Source: an uncultured virus (IMG/VR IMGVR_UViG_3300044959_000200) (lineage: Duplodnaviria > Heunggongvirae > Uroviricota > Caudoviricetes). Taken from it: DNA of 64,000 nt. The stretch spans positions 1-64,000 of the IMG/VR virus record IMGVR_UViG_3300044959_000200. One strand, written 5' to 3'. Positions 38,030 through 48,752 of the stretch are shown one piece after another. Made by a program: the position numbers and the translations under genes. The notes beneath the pieces are model-generated. The model had not been told where the DNA came from. It ran no database searches and saw only the letters and a program-made list of their open reading frames with translations. Positions within the stretch are counted from its first letter, which is position 1. Each line of letters opens with the position of its first letter.

Positions 38030-39277
38030 ATGCCCACACCTGCTGATGTACTTAGCGGCGCTCTTACGCGCCTTGCCAATGATCGTCGTCGCCGCGTTAC
38101 GCAGTATGCTAACCTAACGCCTCGTCCGGGCTCTGGAACAATTCCTCAGCGCCTATTGAGTGACATAGGTTTTTTAGAGGCGCTTCAGTTTAGCTATATC
38201 AACGCTAACCCAGCGCATGTTACGCCCCCAGACGATGACAATCCACGGGATATACGTCAAATTGTACTGTGTGCATATGGGCTTCAGCTCGACGCTGCTC
38301 GTTTCTCTGCTCGCAACACAGTTATACGCACGGTGAGGGGACCAGGAATTAGTGGTCTTGCGCCGTTTGCTGCGTTGCCTGATGTACTTGTCTCGGCAGA
38401 ACTAACGGAGGAAACTTACTCAGTACAAAAGAATGACGTTGTTCGTCGCAATATGACACAGCGTCGTAATGGTCCAGCGTACCATTTCTTGATTGATCGC
38501 AACGGGGGGATTGCTGTCGGACCTGCGTTGGACTATCGTACGAGTGTCGTGCCTGCGCGCAGTGAACACGGCATTTTTATTGGACTTGAAGGCGCGCTTG
38601 GCATTGCACGTACAGATTTTGAAGCTGGGCGTACTGACGCATTTTTCGAGTTGCCTTACACGAGTCTTCAGTTGCTTACGTTGGCAATTCTCTTGGCGAA
38701 ACTCTTTACGGCGTATTCAACTATACCACGCACTATCAGTACCCCGACTGATGGTACGACACCAGCTTTAGTCTATACCGCGTCGACTCTAGCTGGTGAA
38801 CTGACTCATCGTAATTTTTCAAATGGTGCATGGAAAAACACTGAACACAATGGTTTCGATTATAGCGCGACTGACGATAGTGCGCTTTCAGTTTCTATTA
38901 TGAACGAAGGGAACTTTGATCTTGCAACTGAGATCTTTCGTCCTGCGCAGGCTCCACGTGCTATTGCTGCACGTGACGTAGCACGTACTGCGATCGGAAC
39001 TGTTGACACAGCTGGTGCGCAGTCACTTTTTCTTGGTGCGTATATTTCGTTGGCTGCGCCTGAGCGTGCTAACGATATAGAGACTCAGACACGCAGGCAG
39101 ATTTTTATCGAGCGACTACGTTCGACTCATACTGAAGCTGACGACACTGGGGCTTTAGCTGCGGAAGTTGCTGAGGGCGGAGTGTCACTCACACCCATCC
39201 ATCCCACAGTTACGAATATTGAGCCTCACACATACAATTACACAACAGGTTTGTGGGGTGACGGAGAGGTGTATTGA
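38030..39277 (+). CDS. Amidase_2/PGRP-like domain protein (tail-associated)
   Basis: AYHFLIDRNG, IFIGLEG, YTSLQLLTL. Confidence 0.6.
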   Translation: MPTPADVLSGALTRLANDRRRRVTQYANLTPRPGSGTIPQRLLSDIGFLEALQFSYINANPAHVTPPDDDNPRDIRQIVLCAYGLQLDAARFSARNTVIRTVRGPGISGLAPFAALPDVLVSAELTEETYSVQKNDVVRRNMTQRRNGPAYHFLIDRNGGIAVGPALDYRTSVVPARSEHGIFIGLEGALGIARTDFEAGRTDAFFELPYTSLQLLTLAILLAKLFTAYSTIPRTISTPTDGTTPALVYTASTLAGELTHRNFSNGAWKNTEHNGFDYSATDDSALSVSIMNEGNFDLATEIFRPAQAPRAIAARDVARTAIGTVDTAGAQSLFLGAYISLAAPERANDIETQTRRQIFIERLRSTHTEADDTGALAAEVAEGGVSLTPIHPTVTNIEPHTYNYTTGLWGDGEVY

Positions 39278-39723
39278 TGGCGAAAGATTTACACATTCAG
39301 CTAATTGACCCTACCGAACAGCGGTATGGCGCCAACTTTACTTTTGGATTCAAAGCACCGATTCTCGTTGATGGAATTCAAAAGCTTGCCAATCAGTGGC
39401 TTAAGATTTTTTTGACGCCGAAAGGATCGCATCCTTGGCGTCGTCTTGAAGGAACTAACTTTGCATATCTTATTGGTGGCAATGTTGATGATGTGGACAC
39501 TATTCAGACAGCTGTCTTGGAATACATCGAAGACGCTACAACTCAACTAAAAGCTATTCAAAGTCGTCAACTGTCACTGCCTGACACTGAACGTTTATTT
39601 ACTGTGAATTTACTTCAGTTTACACAAGTTGATACTCTTGCATTCGATATCTGGGTGCGCATCGTCAACGTGGCACGAAGCACGCTCTCAGTTTTGATTC
39701 CGTACGCTAAGGTGAAAAGCTGA
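39277..39723 (+). CDS. gp25-like baseplate wedge protein
   Basis: GIQKL...FLTPKGS.P....GT pattern, directly before baseplate J. Confidence 0.75.
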   Translation: MAKDLHIQLIDPTEQRYGANFTFGFKAPILVDGIQKLANQWLKIFLTPKGSHPWRRLEGTNFAYLIGGNVDDVDTIQTAVLEYIEDATTQLKAIQSRQLSLPDTERLFTVNLLQFTQVDTLAFDIWVRIVNVARSTLSVLIPYAKVKS

Positions 39724-39724
39724 C

Positions 39725-41794
39725 ATGTCGACGGATTATAAAATCAACGAACGGGACGTTGAGGAGAGTGCGATTCTACTCCGAGACGTTCTTACAACGC
39801 GTAGTCAACAGCGTGGTACTGACAATGATTACAGTGAGGGCTCAGTACTTGGCAGTACGCTGATTGATGGTCATGCGACTGTGTTTGCGTTGCTACGCAA
39901 TCAGATTCGAGAAATTAAAAATCGTTTGTCGCTCCGAGATATTCAGAAGTTACCTGATACCGAGAGCGTGCGTGATGCAGCTGACGCAATCTTGTCGAAT
40001 TTTTATAGAACACGTAAGCAAGGCCGTTTTGCTAAAGGTGTTGCAACGTTACATTTTACACAACGAGTTGATGCGCTGATCCCACGCCGTACACGCTTTT
40101 TCAAAACACCGCAACTAGTGTTTTATATCGATAGCGACGCTGACATTCTTATCAGTGCAAACAGTTTGCGGCCAAATATTGATGCGAGTGGCCGTGTAAT
40201 TGATTACGTTACTCAAGTTAACCTCACCGCTGCGCGTGTGGGTAAAGCGTATAATCAGCCAGCTGGGCGTTTTGTTGCTGTCGATCCATTCAGTCCGTTT
40301 TTTAGTTATGCGGAGAATGTGACGGCATTTGCGTTTGGAGATGATCTTCAATCAACAGCAGAGTTTATTGCAACTAGTGAGAATGCTCTTTCACTACGTG
40401 CTATTGTCAATGCGCGATCAAATGATGCATTGCTGCGTGGTGAGCTATTTCCTGAGATTCAAACGTTGCTTACGGTAAATTACGGCGATCCAGAAATGCA
40501 ACGAGACATCGCGAGTGATCCTGCGACAGGCGTTGAGTTGCATGTGGGAGGGCACGCCGACATCTATATCCGACTTCAAACTCAAGAAGTCGTGGAGCGC
40601 GTTGTTGTACAAGATTTGACACCTCGTCCTGATGGTCTTGTTACAATTTTGCGTGATCCAGCACCTCCAACTGGGTCTTTTATTACGGCAGGTGTTGTGC
40701 CTGGAGATATACTTGTGTTGGTCTCAGGTACGCCCAACGCACCGTTTCAATACGTAGTGAGAGAAGTACGCGCGACTGAGTTAGAGATTTCGTCTCGTGT
40801 GCCGTTTGAAATTGCGACTGACGAGCAAACACCGGTACCAGCGATTGCATACACAGTTGGCAACAACTATCCAGCATTTAACAACAAAGTAATTCATGGG
40901 CCGCTCAACACGATTACAACTTCGCGCCGTATTGCGGAATTCAATCGTGCGATGTTACCTGGTGTACCGGTATACCGTGTAAAGCAGGTTGAGGTACTCA
41001 ATGCGCCACCAGCGCTTGATCCGTACCGTGATCCAGTTACGGGCAACGTCGTATTTACTAATCGCCTCAATTCCTCTGTTGTTAATACTCCTACACCAGG
41101 TACTGCACTCGGTTTTCGTGTAATTTGTAAAAATCCACTAGAAGCTCAATCGCAGCGAGCCGTAACGCTTATCGAAATTGGCTGGCCTGCGTTCAATTTT
41201 GGAGGACTGACGTTAGAAGTTACGTACGAAACTCTCGCTGGATTTGGACCAATTGCTAATTACGTAAAGGACGACTTTAACCGTACACTCGGCGCTAATC
41301 CACTCGTTAGAGCTTTTCATCCAGTGTACTTGTCGTTTTCGCTACCATACCGTGCGAGGATCGTTCCGCGTAACACACTTGATGTATTCAATGCAAACGG
41401 CACATTTACTGTAAACACTGAGGCCGTACAGCGAGCGATTATTGATTACATTGTTAAGACGCCATTCGGTACGCGTCCCGATACAGGGGGCATCGGACAG
41501 GCAGCCAAAAACGCGGACAGTAATATTGCTGCGACGTATCCGTTTACAATCAAGTATGAGTTGCTAGCACCTGACGGGCGAGTCTATCGTTATGCCACTG
41601 ATGATATCGTTTCAGTTGTACCAGATGGCGTGACAACTTCAGCGCGTTTACTCAACCCTGCGGATTTTGGTTTACCTACTACGGGATATTATGCTGCGTT
41701 AGCCCGACAGCTTGTGCGTCAAGGTGTTAGCGACCGTACTGTACGTTATCTTGCAGTTGCTGATCAAGTAGCGTTGGAGCAGCGAGGCGTCTAA
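39725..41794 (+). CDS. Baseplate J-like protein
   Basis: DY.EGS, D.ILSNF...R..G..A.G, A...G..YN. Confidence 0.8.
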   Translation: MSTDYKINERDVEESAILLRDVLTTRSQQRGTDNDYSEGSVLGSTLIDGHATVFALLRNQIREIKNRLSLRDIQKLPDTESVRDAADAILSNFYRTRKQGRFAKGVATLHFTQRVDALIPRRTRFFKTPQLVFYIDSDADILISANSLRPNIDASGRVIDYVTQVNLTAARVGKAYNQPAGRFVAVDPFSPFFSYAENVTAFAFGDDLQSTAEFIATSENALSLRAIVNARSNDALLRGELFPEIQTLLTVNYGDPEMQRDIASDPATGVELHVGGHADIYIRLQTQEVVERVVVQDLTPRPDGLVTILRDPAPPTGSFITAGVVPGDILVLVSGTPNAPFQYVVREVRATELEISSRVPFEIATDEQTPVPAIAYTVGNNYPAFNNKVIHGPLNTITTSRRIAEFNRAMLPGVPVYRVKQVEVLNAPPALDPYRDPVTGNVVFTNRLNSSVVNTPTPGTALGFRVICKNPLEAQSQRAVTLIEIGWPAFNFGGLTLEVTYETLAGFGPIANYVKDDFNRTLGANPLVRAFHPVYLSFSLPYRARIVPRNTLDVFNANGTFTVNTEAVQRAIIDYIVKTPFGTRPDTGGIGQAAKNADSNIAATYPFTIKYELLAPDGRVYRYATDDIVSVVPDGVTTSARLLNPADFGLPTTGYYAALARQLVRQGVSDRTVRYLAVADQVALEQRGV

Positions 41795-41795
41795 G

Positions 41796-44700
41796 ATGCC
41801 GCTTATTCCTGATCCTTCTCGTAATTTTATCAATGCACTTTCGGGATTTTGGACAGCGTTTTTCCGTGATGCTGATGAGCTGACTGCATATTATGAAGGC
41901 GTACAGCTCAATCTTGGGCAAATTTACTTAGAAATGCTTCAGACTATCCTCGGCACAAGTCTTAAAGACATGCCGCTGTTTAGCCGATATTACTATAAGT
42001 ACTTAGAATTGCGACGGGATCGTCTGTTTTACGTCGAGGGGGCATCGCCGTCTGAAGATACTTATGAATTTACACCACCAGATCTTACGCTGGCTGACGT
42101 TTCTAGCATTCTAAATCGTGTTGTAGCACCCACTGCGACGCTAGTTCGAACCCGCGATTATTATGTGCGTGACGGCGCAATTAGATTCAGACGCGATTTA
42201 TTCAATGTTGATGGTAATGGCACAACAGAACCGTTATTTCCAGTTCGTACATTGTCGGTTGTTGAGCCTGCACAGTTTACTGATCCAGTTGGGCGTAATT
42301 GGGCGGCAGCTGGTGTAAAAATTGGTGATTGGTTTTGTCTACGTGTACTTGGTGGTGGTTCACCAATTCTTGTGCGTATTGTTGGCGTTGATGGTTCTAA
42401 ATTACTGCTAGGAGATACTGCGCCAGAATTTGAGCAAAATTTTGCGCGACGTAACGTACGCATTAGTGTTGTACGTACACCTTTTGATCGTGAGAAAATA
42501 GGTGTTTTGTTACCTGCCAACCCACGACTTACGGTTCGCGCATCAAATAATCTTACTGACGCCGCAATCAATCCTGGCACTATGGAGGTAGTTTTCACCA
42601 CTGAACCGTATTTCAAGGGCTTTTGGACGCCGGCAACATCATACACAGCTGGTGACCTTGTACACAACGGAGTTTGGCTACTTTACCGTGCAAAGGTCGA
42701 TCACGTCTCGGGCCCTGTTTTTGATCCTACGATGTGGGATCAAATCACGAATTGTTATATCTATGTAGACGACCCTGAATCTTTTGAGAATAGCGGACTA
42801 TTTTACTGTTTTGGAGGTACGAACTTCGGCACAGTAACTCTATGGCGTCCGCGTAATTTTATTGCGACGCTGAGCAACCGTGCGCGCATAACGTTCGTTT
42901 TTTATTCGGGTACGTTTACTGCGAATATGCAGCCTGAATTGCTGCTACCGCAAACGTTTATTGATGTTGGTAGCCTTTCGATTGTCGCACGTCGTGCCAC
43001 GCCTGTTGTAATAATGAATTCTGATGGTTCGACGACTACGTACCCAGTTGGTGAAAACGTCATTGAAGGCGTTGATTATGTCGTCGATTATGAGGCTGGC
43101 AAAATTATTGTGCGCTCAGCGTGGAGTGATGCATTGCCGGCGCGCGTTAATTACACTTGGATGCGTGCTGTTGCTGTCTACGATTACGTCGATCGCGGTG
43201 AATGGACCGCTTTTACGGCGTATAACGTCGGTGATATCGTAACTCATGGAGGTACAGTTTATATCTGTTTTGCACCGGACCCAGGTAGCCCGGTATTCAG
43301 CATAGCCTTTTTTCGACCTTATATCCCTCCATTTGAATTCAATGTTACAGCTAGCGTGCCAGTTATGGCACTATGGGGTGCGAATACATTAGTAGACGAA
43401 GAAGCGCTTTATAATAATTTTGGGTACTTACTCGGTTATAAAAAACCGACGAGCGAACAGTATCGTACATTTTTGCGTGGCGTCGCGCAGCTTTTTTTGC
43501 TTGGTCCGACGTTAGAACGATTTGAGAGCGCGATGAATGTCATGGCGGGTTTCCCCGTTGTGCGCGACGACGATGAAGTTTTGCGCGGTTATGACAACGG
43601 TATCGTAGCATCAGGTGTAGACGGACAGTTGATTGATTCTGCTGAGGGGCGCGACGGTGTACTAAATGCGGCGCTTGAGCAGTTTTATTCACCTACGGCA
43701 GGATTTTTTCCGTCGGACATTGGTGCAGTAATTCGTGTGCAAAATGGCACATCAGTTGATGAATATACTGTTACTGCTGTACTTTCACCGACAACGGTCG
43801 TTGTAGCGCCAACACCGCCAGATGCAGTTAACGTTACTTGGTCGTATACTCACGTTGCGCTCACTACGCGTTTTCGCGTGACAGCGGGATCGTATCTTTT
43901 TGGGCAAGAGGACGTTAACGGCTCGATTATTGTGCAAGGTTCCGGCTTTGCGCGCAACAATGGCGTCTTTCGCATTCTTGCTGTCGAGAACAACACAACC
44001 GTCATTTTAGAGACGCCATATGGTTTCACTGATCAGTCAGGTCTTACATGGGCTCTTTCACGAACTAATCAACAGCGTGTTATAACGTCACGTGCTACGT
44101 ATAGCTTTCCATTGTTAGTTGCGATGCGGCCGGATGTAGTTGATCCAGCTAGCGTCAATGTACTTAAGTTTCGTGCATTTGAAGCGTTAACTGACGCTTT
44201 TCGAGTTGTTGATTACTTGCGTGACCCAACGTGGTGGCACAACGTCGTTATTCCTAGCGATGTTCTCAAGCTTGATGTTGATGTATCAAGTCGACGCAAA
44301 GTATCGCCAACGCTGATTGAACATATCTATGGAGCACTAGACACACCTGTTTATGGTGATTTTGGCCTTGCTTACGACGTTGACGACGAAGGTCAGCCTG
44401 GCGAAGATCGCGCCGGTAAAGCATGGTGGTACGGCGCGAACAGTATTGTGCTTTCATTTGACCCTGGTGTACCAACTGCGCGGACGCGAGACATCGGTCA
44501 GCATATTATCGTTTCGACGCCTGGTTTTAAGGGATATTTCCCTATTGAAGCAGTACAACCTGATGGCGTCACTCTTACACTTGGTCGTTTTCCCCCGCCC
44601 GAAGCGGAGGGTACAATCCCTCCGGTGCAGATCGATGTAAAGCTGCCACCACTGCTTTATCGTCGTACTGTCGCATTTGTTATGATGGACCGCTTTTTGA

Positions 44701-45362
44701 AGTATCATGCGGTTTTGATTCGCATTGATAAAAACACGCCGTTACCAAGCGAATTTATTCCTGATGTAGTACGCCTAATTAACGAGGCGAAGCCATCACA
44801 TACCTATATCTATCTTGATTCATTGACGGATTTTGTCGATAAGGTCCATTTGAATGAGAATTTTACGCTAGGTTATGGCCCATTTGTGCCTGAGACTATA
44901 AGAATAGTGCATAACAACCTGATCTTTGGACCCCCTGGCATTGTACGACATGGCGACGCATTTCAGTACACTGAGACTACGACGGGAGTGCCAGGCGCGC
45001 CTGGTACATACACATTGCCAGCTACACTACCACCTGGAGATGTGCAGACTACGTTGGTCAAAGCGCGTTTTGACCCCACTGTATTGATCGGTGGTGTACG
45101 ACGACCTGCTGAAGGGGTGGATTACATCGTTAACTACAACACGATGGAAATTACGATCCTTGGCGGTTTTCCGGCTGGTCCTAACATCTTGCACTACGTT
45201 TACTGTATCCGACGTCATCGCAACGATGGGGACCCCCTGGATCCAGGAGAAACGCGCCTTGCGCATGGCGGTACCGATCCAACGATTTATCGCGCAGCGA
45301 CTCAATCTGCGAATGAATTGGGCTTGGTTGATCGAGCAGTGCAGATTACTCTTGGTGCGTGA
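41796..45362 (+). CDS. Baseplate wedge/tail protein with two CBM5/12-like modules
   Basis: WTPATSYTAGDLV and WTAFTAYNVGDIVTHGGTVY; KPSHT motif near the C-terminus. Confidence 0.7.
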   Translation: MPLIPDPSRNFINALSGFWTAFFRDADELTAYYEGVQLNLGQIYLEMLQTILGTSLKDMPLFSRYYYKYLELRRDRLFYVEGASPSEDTYEFTPPDLTLADVSSILNRVVAPTATLVRTRDYYVRDGAIRFRRDLFNVDGNGTTEPLFPVRTLSVVEPAQFTDPVGRNWAAAGVKIGDWFCLRVLGGGSPILVRIVGVDGSKLLLGDTAPEFEQNFARRNVRISVVRTPFDREKIGVLLPANPRLTVRASNNLTDAAINPGTMEVVFTTEPYFKGFWTPATSYTAGDLVHNGVWLLYRAKVDHVSGPVFDPTMWDQITNCYIYVDDPESFENSGLFYCFGGTNFGTVTLWRPRNFIATLSNRARITFVFYSGTFTANMQPELLLPQTFIDVGSLSIVARRATPVVIMNSDGSTTTYPVGENVIEGVDYVVDYEAGKIIVRSAWSDALPARVNYTWMRAVAVYDYVDRGEWTAFTAYNVGDIVTHGGTVYICFAPDPGSPVFSIAFFRPYIPPFEFNVTASVPVMALWGANTLVDEEALYNNFGYLLGYKKPTSEQYRTFLRGVAQLFLLGPTLERFESAMNVMAGFPVVRDDDEVLRGYDNGIVASGVDGQLIDSAEGRDGVLNAALEQFYSPTAGFFPSDIGAVIRVQNGTSVDEYTVTAVLSPTTVVVAPTPPDAVNVTWSYTHVALTTRFRVTAGSYLFGQEDVNGSIIVQGSGFARNNGVFRILAVENNTTVILETPYGFTDQSGLTWALSRTNQQRVITSRATYSFPLLVAMRPDVVDPASVNVLKFRAFEALTDAFRVVDYLRDPTWWHNVVIPSDVLKLDVDVSSRRKVSPTLIEHIYGALDTPVYGDFGLAYDVDDEGQPGEDRAGKAWWYGANSIVLSFDPGVPTARTRDIGQHIIVSTPGFKGYFPIEAVQPDGVTLTLGRFPPPEAEGTIPPVQIDVKLPPLLYRRTVAFVMMDRFLKYHAVLIRIDKNTPLPSEFIPDVVRLINEAKPSHTYIYLDSLTDFVDKVHLNENFTLGYGPFVPETIRIVHNNLIFGPPGIVRHGDAFQYTETTTGVPGAPGTYTLPATLPPGDVQTTLVKARFDPTVLIGGVRRPAEGVDYIVNYNTMEITILGGFPAGPNILHYVYCIRRHRNDGDPLDPGETRLAHGGTDPTIYRAATQSANELGLVDRAVQITLGA

Positions 45363-45868
45363 ACACGTACATCCAGCATCTTCATACCCCAACACTCAAA
45401 CCTGAATTCAAACTCCGAGGAGATCTCCAAATTGAGACATGGCGACCTGGAGATAAACGGCCTTTACGGCGTTATGCTCTTCGAAATCAAATCACATATA
45501 ACGGTTTCAACTCACCACTCTATCTTTGGTCGCAAGATTCGGGTAATCCGTCTGACTGGCGCATAGTCAAATTAGTGCCTGGTACTAACGGAACACCGCC
45601 GACGATCGGAGATCTTGCGCTCGGTAGCCCACTTGGTCCGGCTGATGAAATTCACCTTACTGCGGCGAATCGTACTGTCGTACCTGCGTCTGGGGAACTC
45701 ATTATTACAGGTACGCTTACTACGCTCCAAGCTAACGGACATTCTCTGCGAGAGGTGGGGTTGTTTTTAGGTAACGGCCAGCTCTTCGCTCGACAAGTCT
45801 ATCCTGTAATCGCTAAGACTGGCGCCATTACTGTCACGTATACGTGGCGTATCGCTGTAACTGCATAA
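45359..45868 (+). CDS. Tail fibre attachment/collar-like protein
   Basis: ANGHSLREVGLF...LFAR...I.KT pattern. Confidence 0.65.
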   Translation: MNTYIQHLHTPTLKPEFKLRGDLQIETWRPGDKRPLRRYALRNQITYNGFNSPLYLWSQDSGNPSDWRIVKLVPGTNGTPPTIGDLALGSPLGPADEIHLTAANRTVVPASGELIITGTLTTLQANGHSLREVGLFLGNGQLFARQVYPVIAKTGAITVTYTWRIAVTA

Positions 45869-45880
45869 GGATCTAAAACC

Positions 45881-48673
45881 ATGGCGAACTTCGACGAGAA
45901 CGTAAACTTCAAACAAGGTTCTGATACTGGGCAGGCCGACGCTGCATCAATCCAACCAATTGCCCCAGCGGAAGTAGTCTGGAGTGGCACTACTAACCGA
46001 CCACTCGAAAATTTACGGGCTCGCACGGAGATTCTCCGGCGCTACATGCAGAACGTACTGTACTACTTGGACTATGACCGCTGTTTAATCATCCGTTCAA
46101 ATGCGGCCTTTACGCTGACTGAACCGACACCGGGTAATTTTGCACTATCAATGGTTGGAGATGATCTATGGATCTATCCATCGCTTACACCTGGTAGGAA
46201 TAGTGGGGGTCGCCCGCGCGGTGGGCGCGTTTTTGTCGGGGGCTTGCCATACTCCGGTACGCCTCTCGTCAACGACCTGATATTAACGGCGAGCTCGCAG
46301 TATACAGGACAGCGTGGCTATTTTGACGCTGACGACTTTGCGATCGCTAACAGCCTTTCGCTCGGTGCTAACCGCATACAAGTCGATCTCATTGCCGACC
46401 CTACACTAGCAACCAACGTTGTTCAGTTCTCTGTTACTGAAATTCCGAAGACAAAATGGACGATCCGTTATGGCACTAACGGTGGTGTAACGACGTTGGC
46501 TGCGTTAATCAATGCGATTAACACTGACTATACGTCACAAGGGACATACGGTATTGCAAACTTTTTGCGAGCATCAACAACGGCGGCGTCTCCAGCAGCG
46601 GTGTTTCCGACACCTTTCACCGGGGGCATCGTGCAAGGCGCGTATGATGCAGAAGCACATCAGGTTACAGCAGCACAAATGGCAGCATTTTTTGCTGCTA
46701 CTGAGAACGGCGTACAGGTAAATCTTTTGCGTGAGGGTGAAGGCCTCGCTATTGGCTATCCAAAAGGGCCAGTTGAGAGCGGCGTACCTACCCCACGCGG
46801 AGGACGGCGACAATCGATTTGGGATTTGCCTATTGATCGTGTTGGTGGCAATACGCCAAATATTACGCCAACTGTCGGTTGGGCGCTTTTCTCAACTGGT
46901 CGAGAGCCTGAAAAGATTCCAGGGGCGGTGCCAATTGGTAAAATAATCAACGGCGAATTTGTTTTCATTGACGGCACGCGAGTCGCAGTCGGTGAAACAA
47001 TTCGGTTGGGGGAGAGTCGCGTCATGAGGGCCGCGCTTGCAAGTACTGTATTCGGGTCCTCGGGTGCCACGCTTGTAGGATATGATGGGTCTGGTCTTTG
47101 GCACGCTGATGCTGCGGCTTCGCCTAATCCAAGCATTCCATCTGGCACTGTTGAAGCTGCTATTGATGCGGTTGTTTCGCACCTTGGATCCTCGGTGGCT
47201 GGAAATAGCGGTGCCCGACGAGTTGGCGTAGAAAGCGTTACAGGCAACGCAACAATCGGTAACCGAGCTTTGAGCCGCACAGCAGGTTCACTTCGGCAAG
47301 CGTTGGATGCGTTGCTTAACGCCGTACCTACTGCCACAACTGGTGGCGGTCTGAATTTCCGCGTAAACGAAGATGGACACGAGCTGAAAGGACAAAACCC
47401 AATTAACAAAGACTTTACATTGTTGTCGAACGGTGCGCGGCGTTTCTCAGCTTATTTGCGTAGCACCAATGACACTTATTTGCCTCGTTCTGGCAAGATT
47501 GATTGGGCGGATATCCAGTTTGTGCCTTTTTGGTTTGGCTCAGGTTCAGGGCTTAATGCCACAGAACCAGTTAGTGCTGGTACTACGCCGTCTCGTTTGA
47601 AATTGAGTGCAAGCGATATTGCAGTACGATTTCCGTTTATTTGGCCACTTTTGCCAGCGTACATTTCGTACGACCTTGACGATCCTGCTGATGGAGCTCT
47701 AATTCCGTTGATTTTCGTACGAGTTCAAGGGCTAATTTCGCCTACGGGTGAAGAAAATACGATTTATATATTTGAACGCTTTACGAGCGACACAGGCCCT
47801 ACGCTCGGTGAATTCGTTTTGCGAAAACTTGACAATACGCCCGCTGATTTTTCTTCAGTTACAAGCTATGCTGGGGCGACAGTAAGTTTTCTTACAGGGC
47901 AATATACTGGTAGTACGAATTCATTGACAAAATTTGGTTTTCATCAACCTCCTTCACGTTATCCCGGTGTAGTGATTGGTTCGGCGCTGAACGACACGCC
48001 ATGGCTCGAAGTACTCACTAACGCTGCACCTGGTTTCACGCCAAATTTTGGTCAACAGACTAAGAAAGGAACCATTTTTTGTGGCGATCGTGCGCGTTGG
48101 CGTGTTGGGGAGGTTAATGAACGTAATACTGAGAACATTCTTATCACTGCTGATAAACAGTTACTTGATGGTCTTGAAACTGGTACTCCTGTTGACGCAA
48201 CGAATAACCATCATCATGGGGGTACATATACGCGTACGTATCTTTTTACTAAAGAAGTACAGTTGGTTGATCGCACTGATTTGGATACTTTGCCTCTTGA
48301 TACTTCGTTCTTTTTACCTAATCCAGTGGCCGTTGATCCCGTAACCGCTGCAATCCCTTCTGGATATACAGTTGAGGGCTGGATTTGCCGTATACGAATT
48401 GTGGTGGGAACTAGTGCCGGTGCGCTGATCGCAGGAACGTGCCGTGTACCATTTCGCTCTGATGCGGCTGATCCAAGTCCAATTATTGATGCTGAAGGCT
48501 ATGTTCAGTCATGGAATTCAACAGGTACTAATTATAGTTACTCGGATTATACTCCGATCTTGAAACCAAGTTTGACGTTCGGCGATGTTGAATATCGTGT
48601 TTCGTTTAGATTGTTTATTACGTATGGACGTTTGACGGTCTGGTGTTCAGGCTATATTCTGCGTCGTAGCTAA
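45881..48673 (+). CDS. Tail fibre / receptor-binding protein
   Basis: 930 aa Gly/Thr-rich; N-terminal NRPLENL..RT; last gene of the tail operon. Confidence 0.65.
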   Translation: MANFDENVNFKQGSDTGQADAASIQPIAPAEVVWSGTTNRPLENLRARTEILRRYMQNVLYYLDYDRCLIIRSNAAFTLTEPTPGNFALSMVGDDLWIYPSLTPGRNSGGRPRGGRVFVGGLPYSGTPLVNDLILTASSQYTGQRGYFDADDFAIANSLSLGANRIQVDLIADPTLATNVVQFSVTEIPKTKWTIRYGTNGGVTTLAALINAINTDYTSQGTYGIANFLRASTTAASPAAVFPTPFTGGIVQGAYDAEAHQVTAAQMAAFFAATENGVQVNLLREGEGLAIGYPKGPVESGVPTPRGGRRQSIWDLPIDRVGGNTPNITPTVGWALFSTGREPEKIPGAVPIGKIINGEFVFIDGTRVAVGETIRLGESRVMRAALASTVFGSSGATLVGYDGSGLWHADAAASPNPSIPSGTVEAAIDAVVSHLGSSVAGNSGARRVGVESVTGNATIGNRALSRTAGSLRQALDALLNAVPTATTGGGLNFRVNEDGHELKGQNPINKDFTLLSNGARRFSAYLRSTNDTYLPRSGKIDWADIQFVPFWFGSGSGLNATEPVSAGTTPSRLKLSASDIAVRFPFIWPLLPAYISYDLDDPADGALIPLIFVRVQGLISPTGEENTIYIFERFTSDTGPTLGEFVLRKLDNTPADFSSVTSYAGATVSFLTGQYTGSTNSLTKFGFHQPPSRYPGVVIGSALNDTPWLEVLTNAAPGFTPNFGQQTKKGTIFCGDRARWRVGEVNERNTENILITADKQLLDGLETGTPVDATNNHHHGGTYTRTYLFTKEVQLVDRTDLDTLPLDTSFFLPNPVAVDPVTAAIPSGYTVEGWICRIRIVVGTSAGALIAGTCRVPFRSDAADPSPIIDAEGYVQSWNSTGTNYSYSDYTPILKPSLTFGDVEYRVSFRLFITYGRLTVWCSGYILRRS

Positions 48674-48689
48674 TTGCCATATAGCGGAC

Positions 48690-48740
48690 TAACGTAAAAA
48701 CGGCCTCGGAAGACAACGCTTTCGAGGCCGTTTTACGTTA
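48690..48740. terminator. Bidirectional terminator
   Basis: AACGTAAAAACGGCCTCG / CGAGGCCGTTTTACGTT between convergent genes. Confidence 0.8.
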
Positions 48741-48752
48741 TTTACGTGTTGA

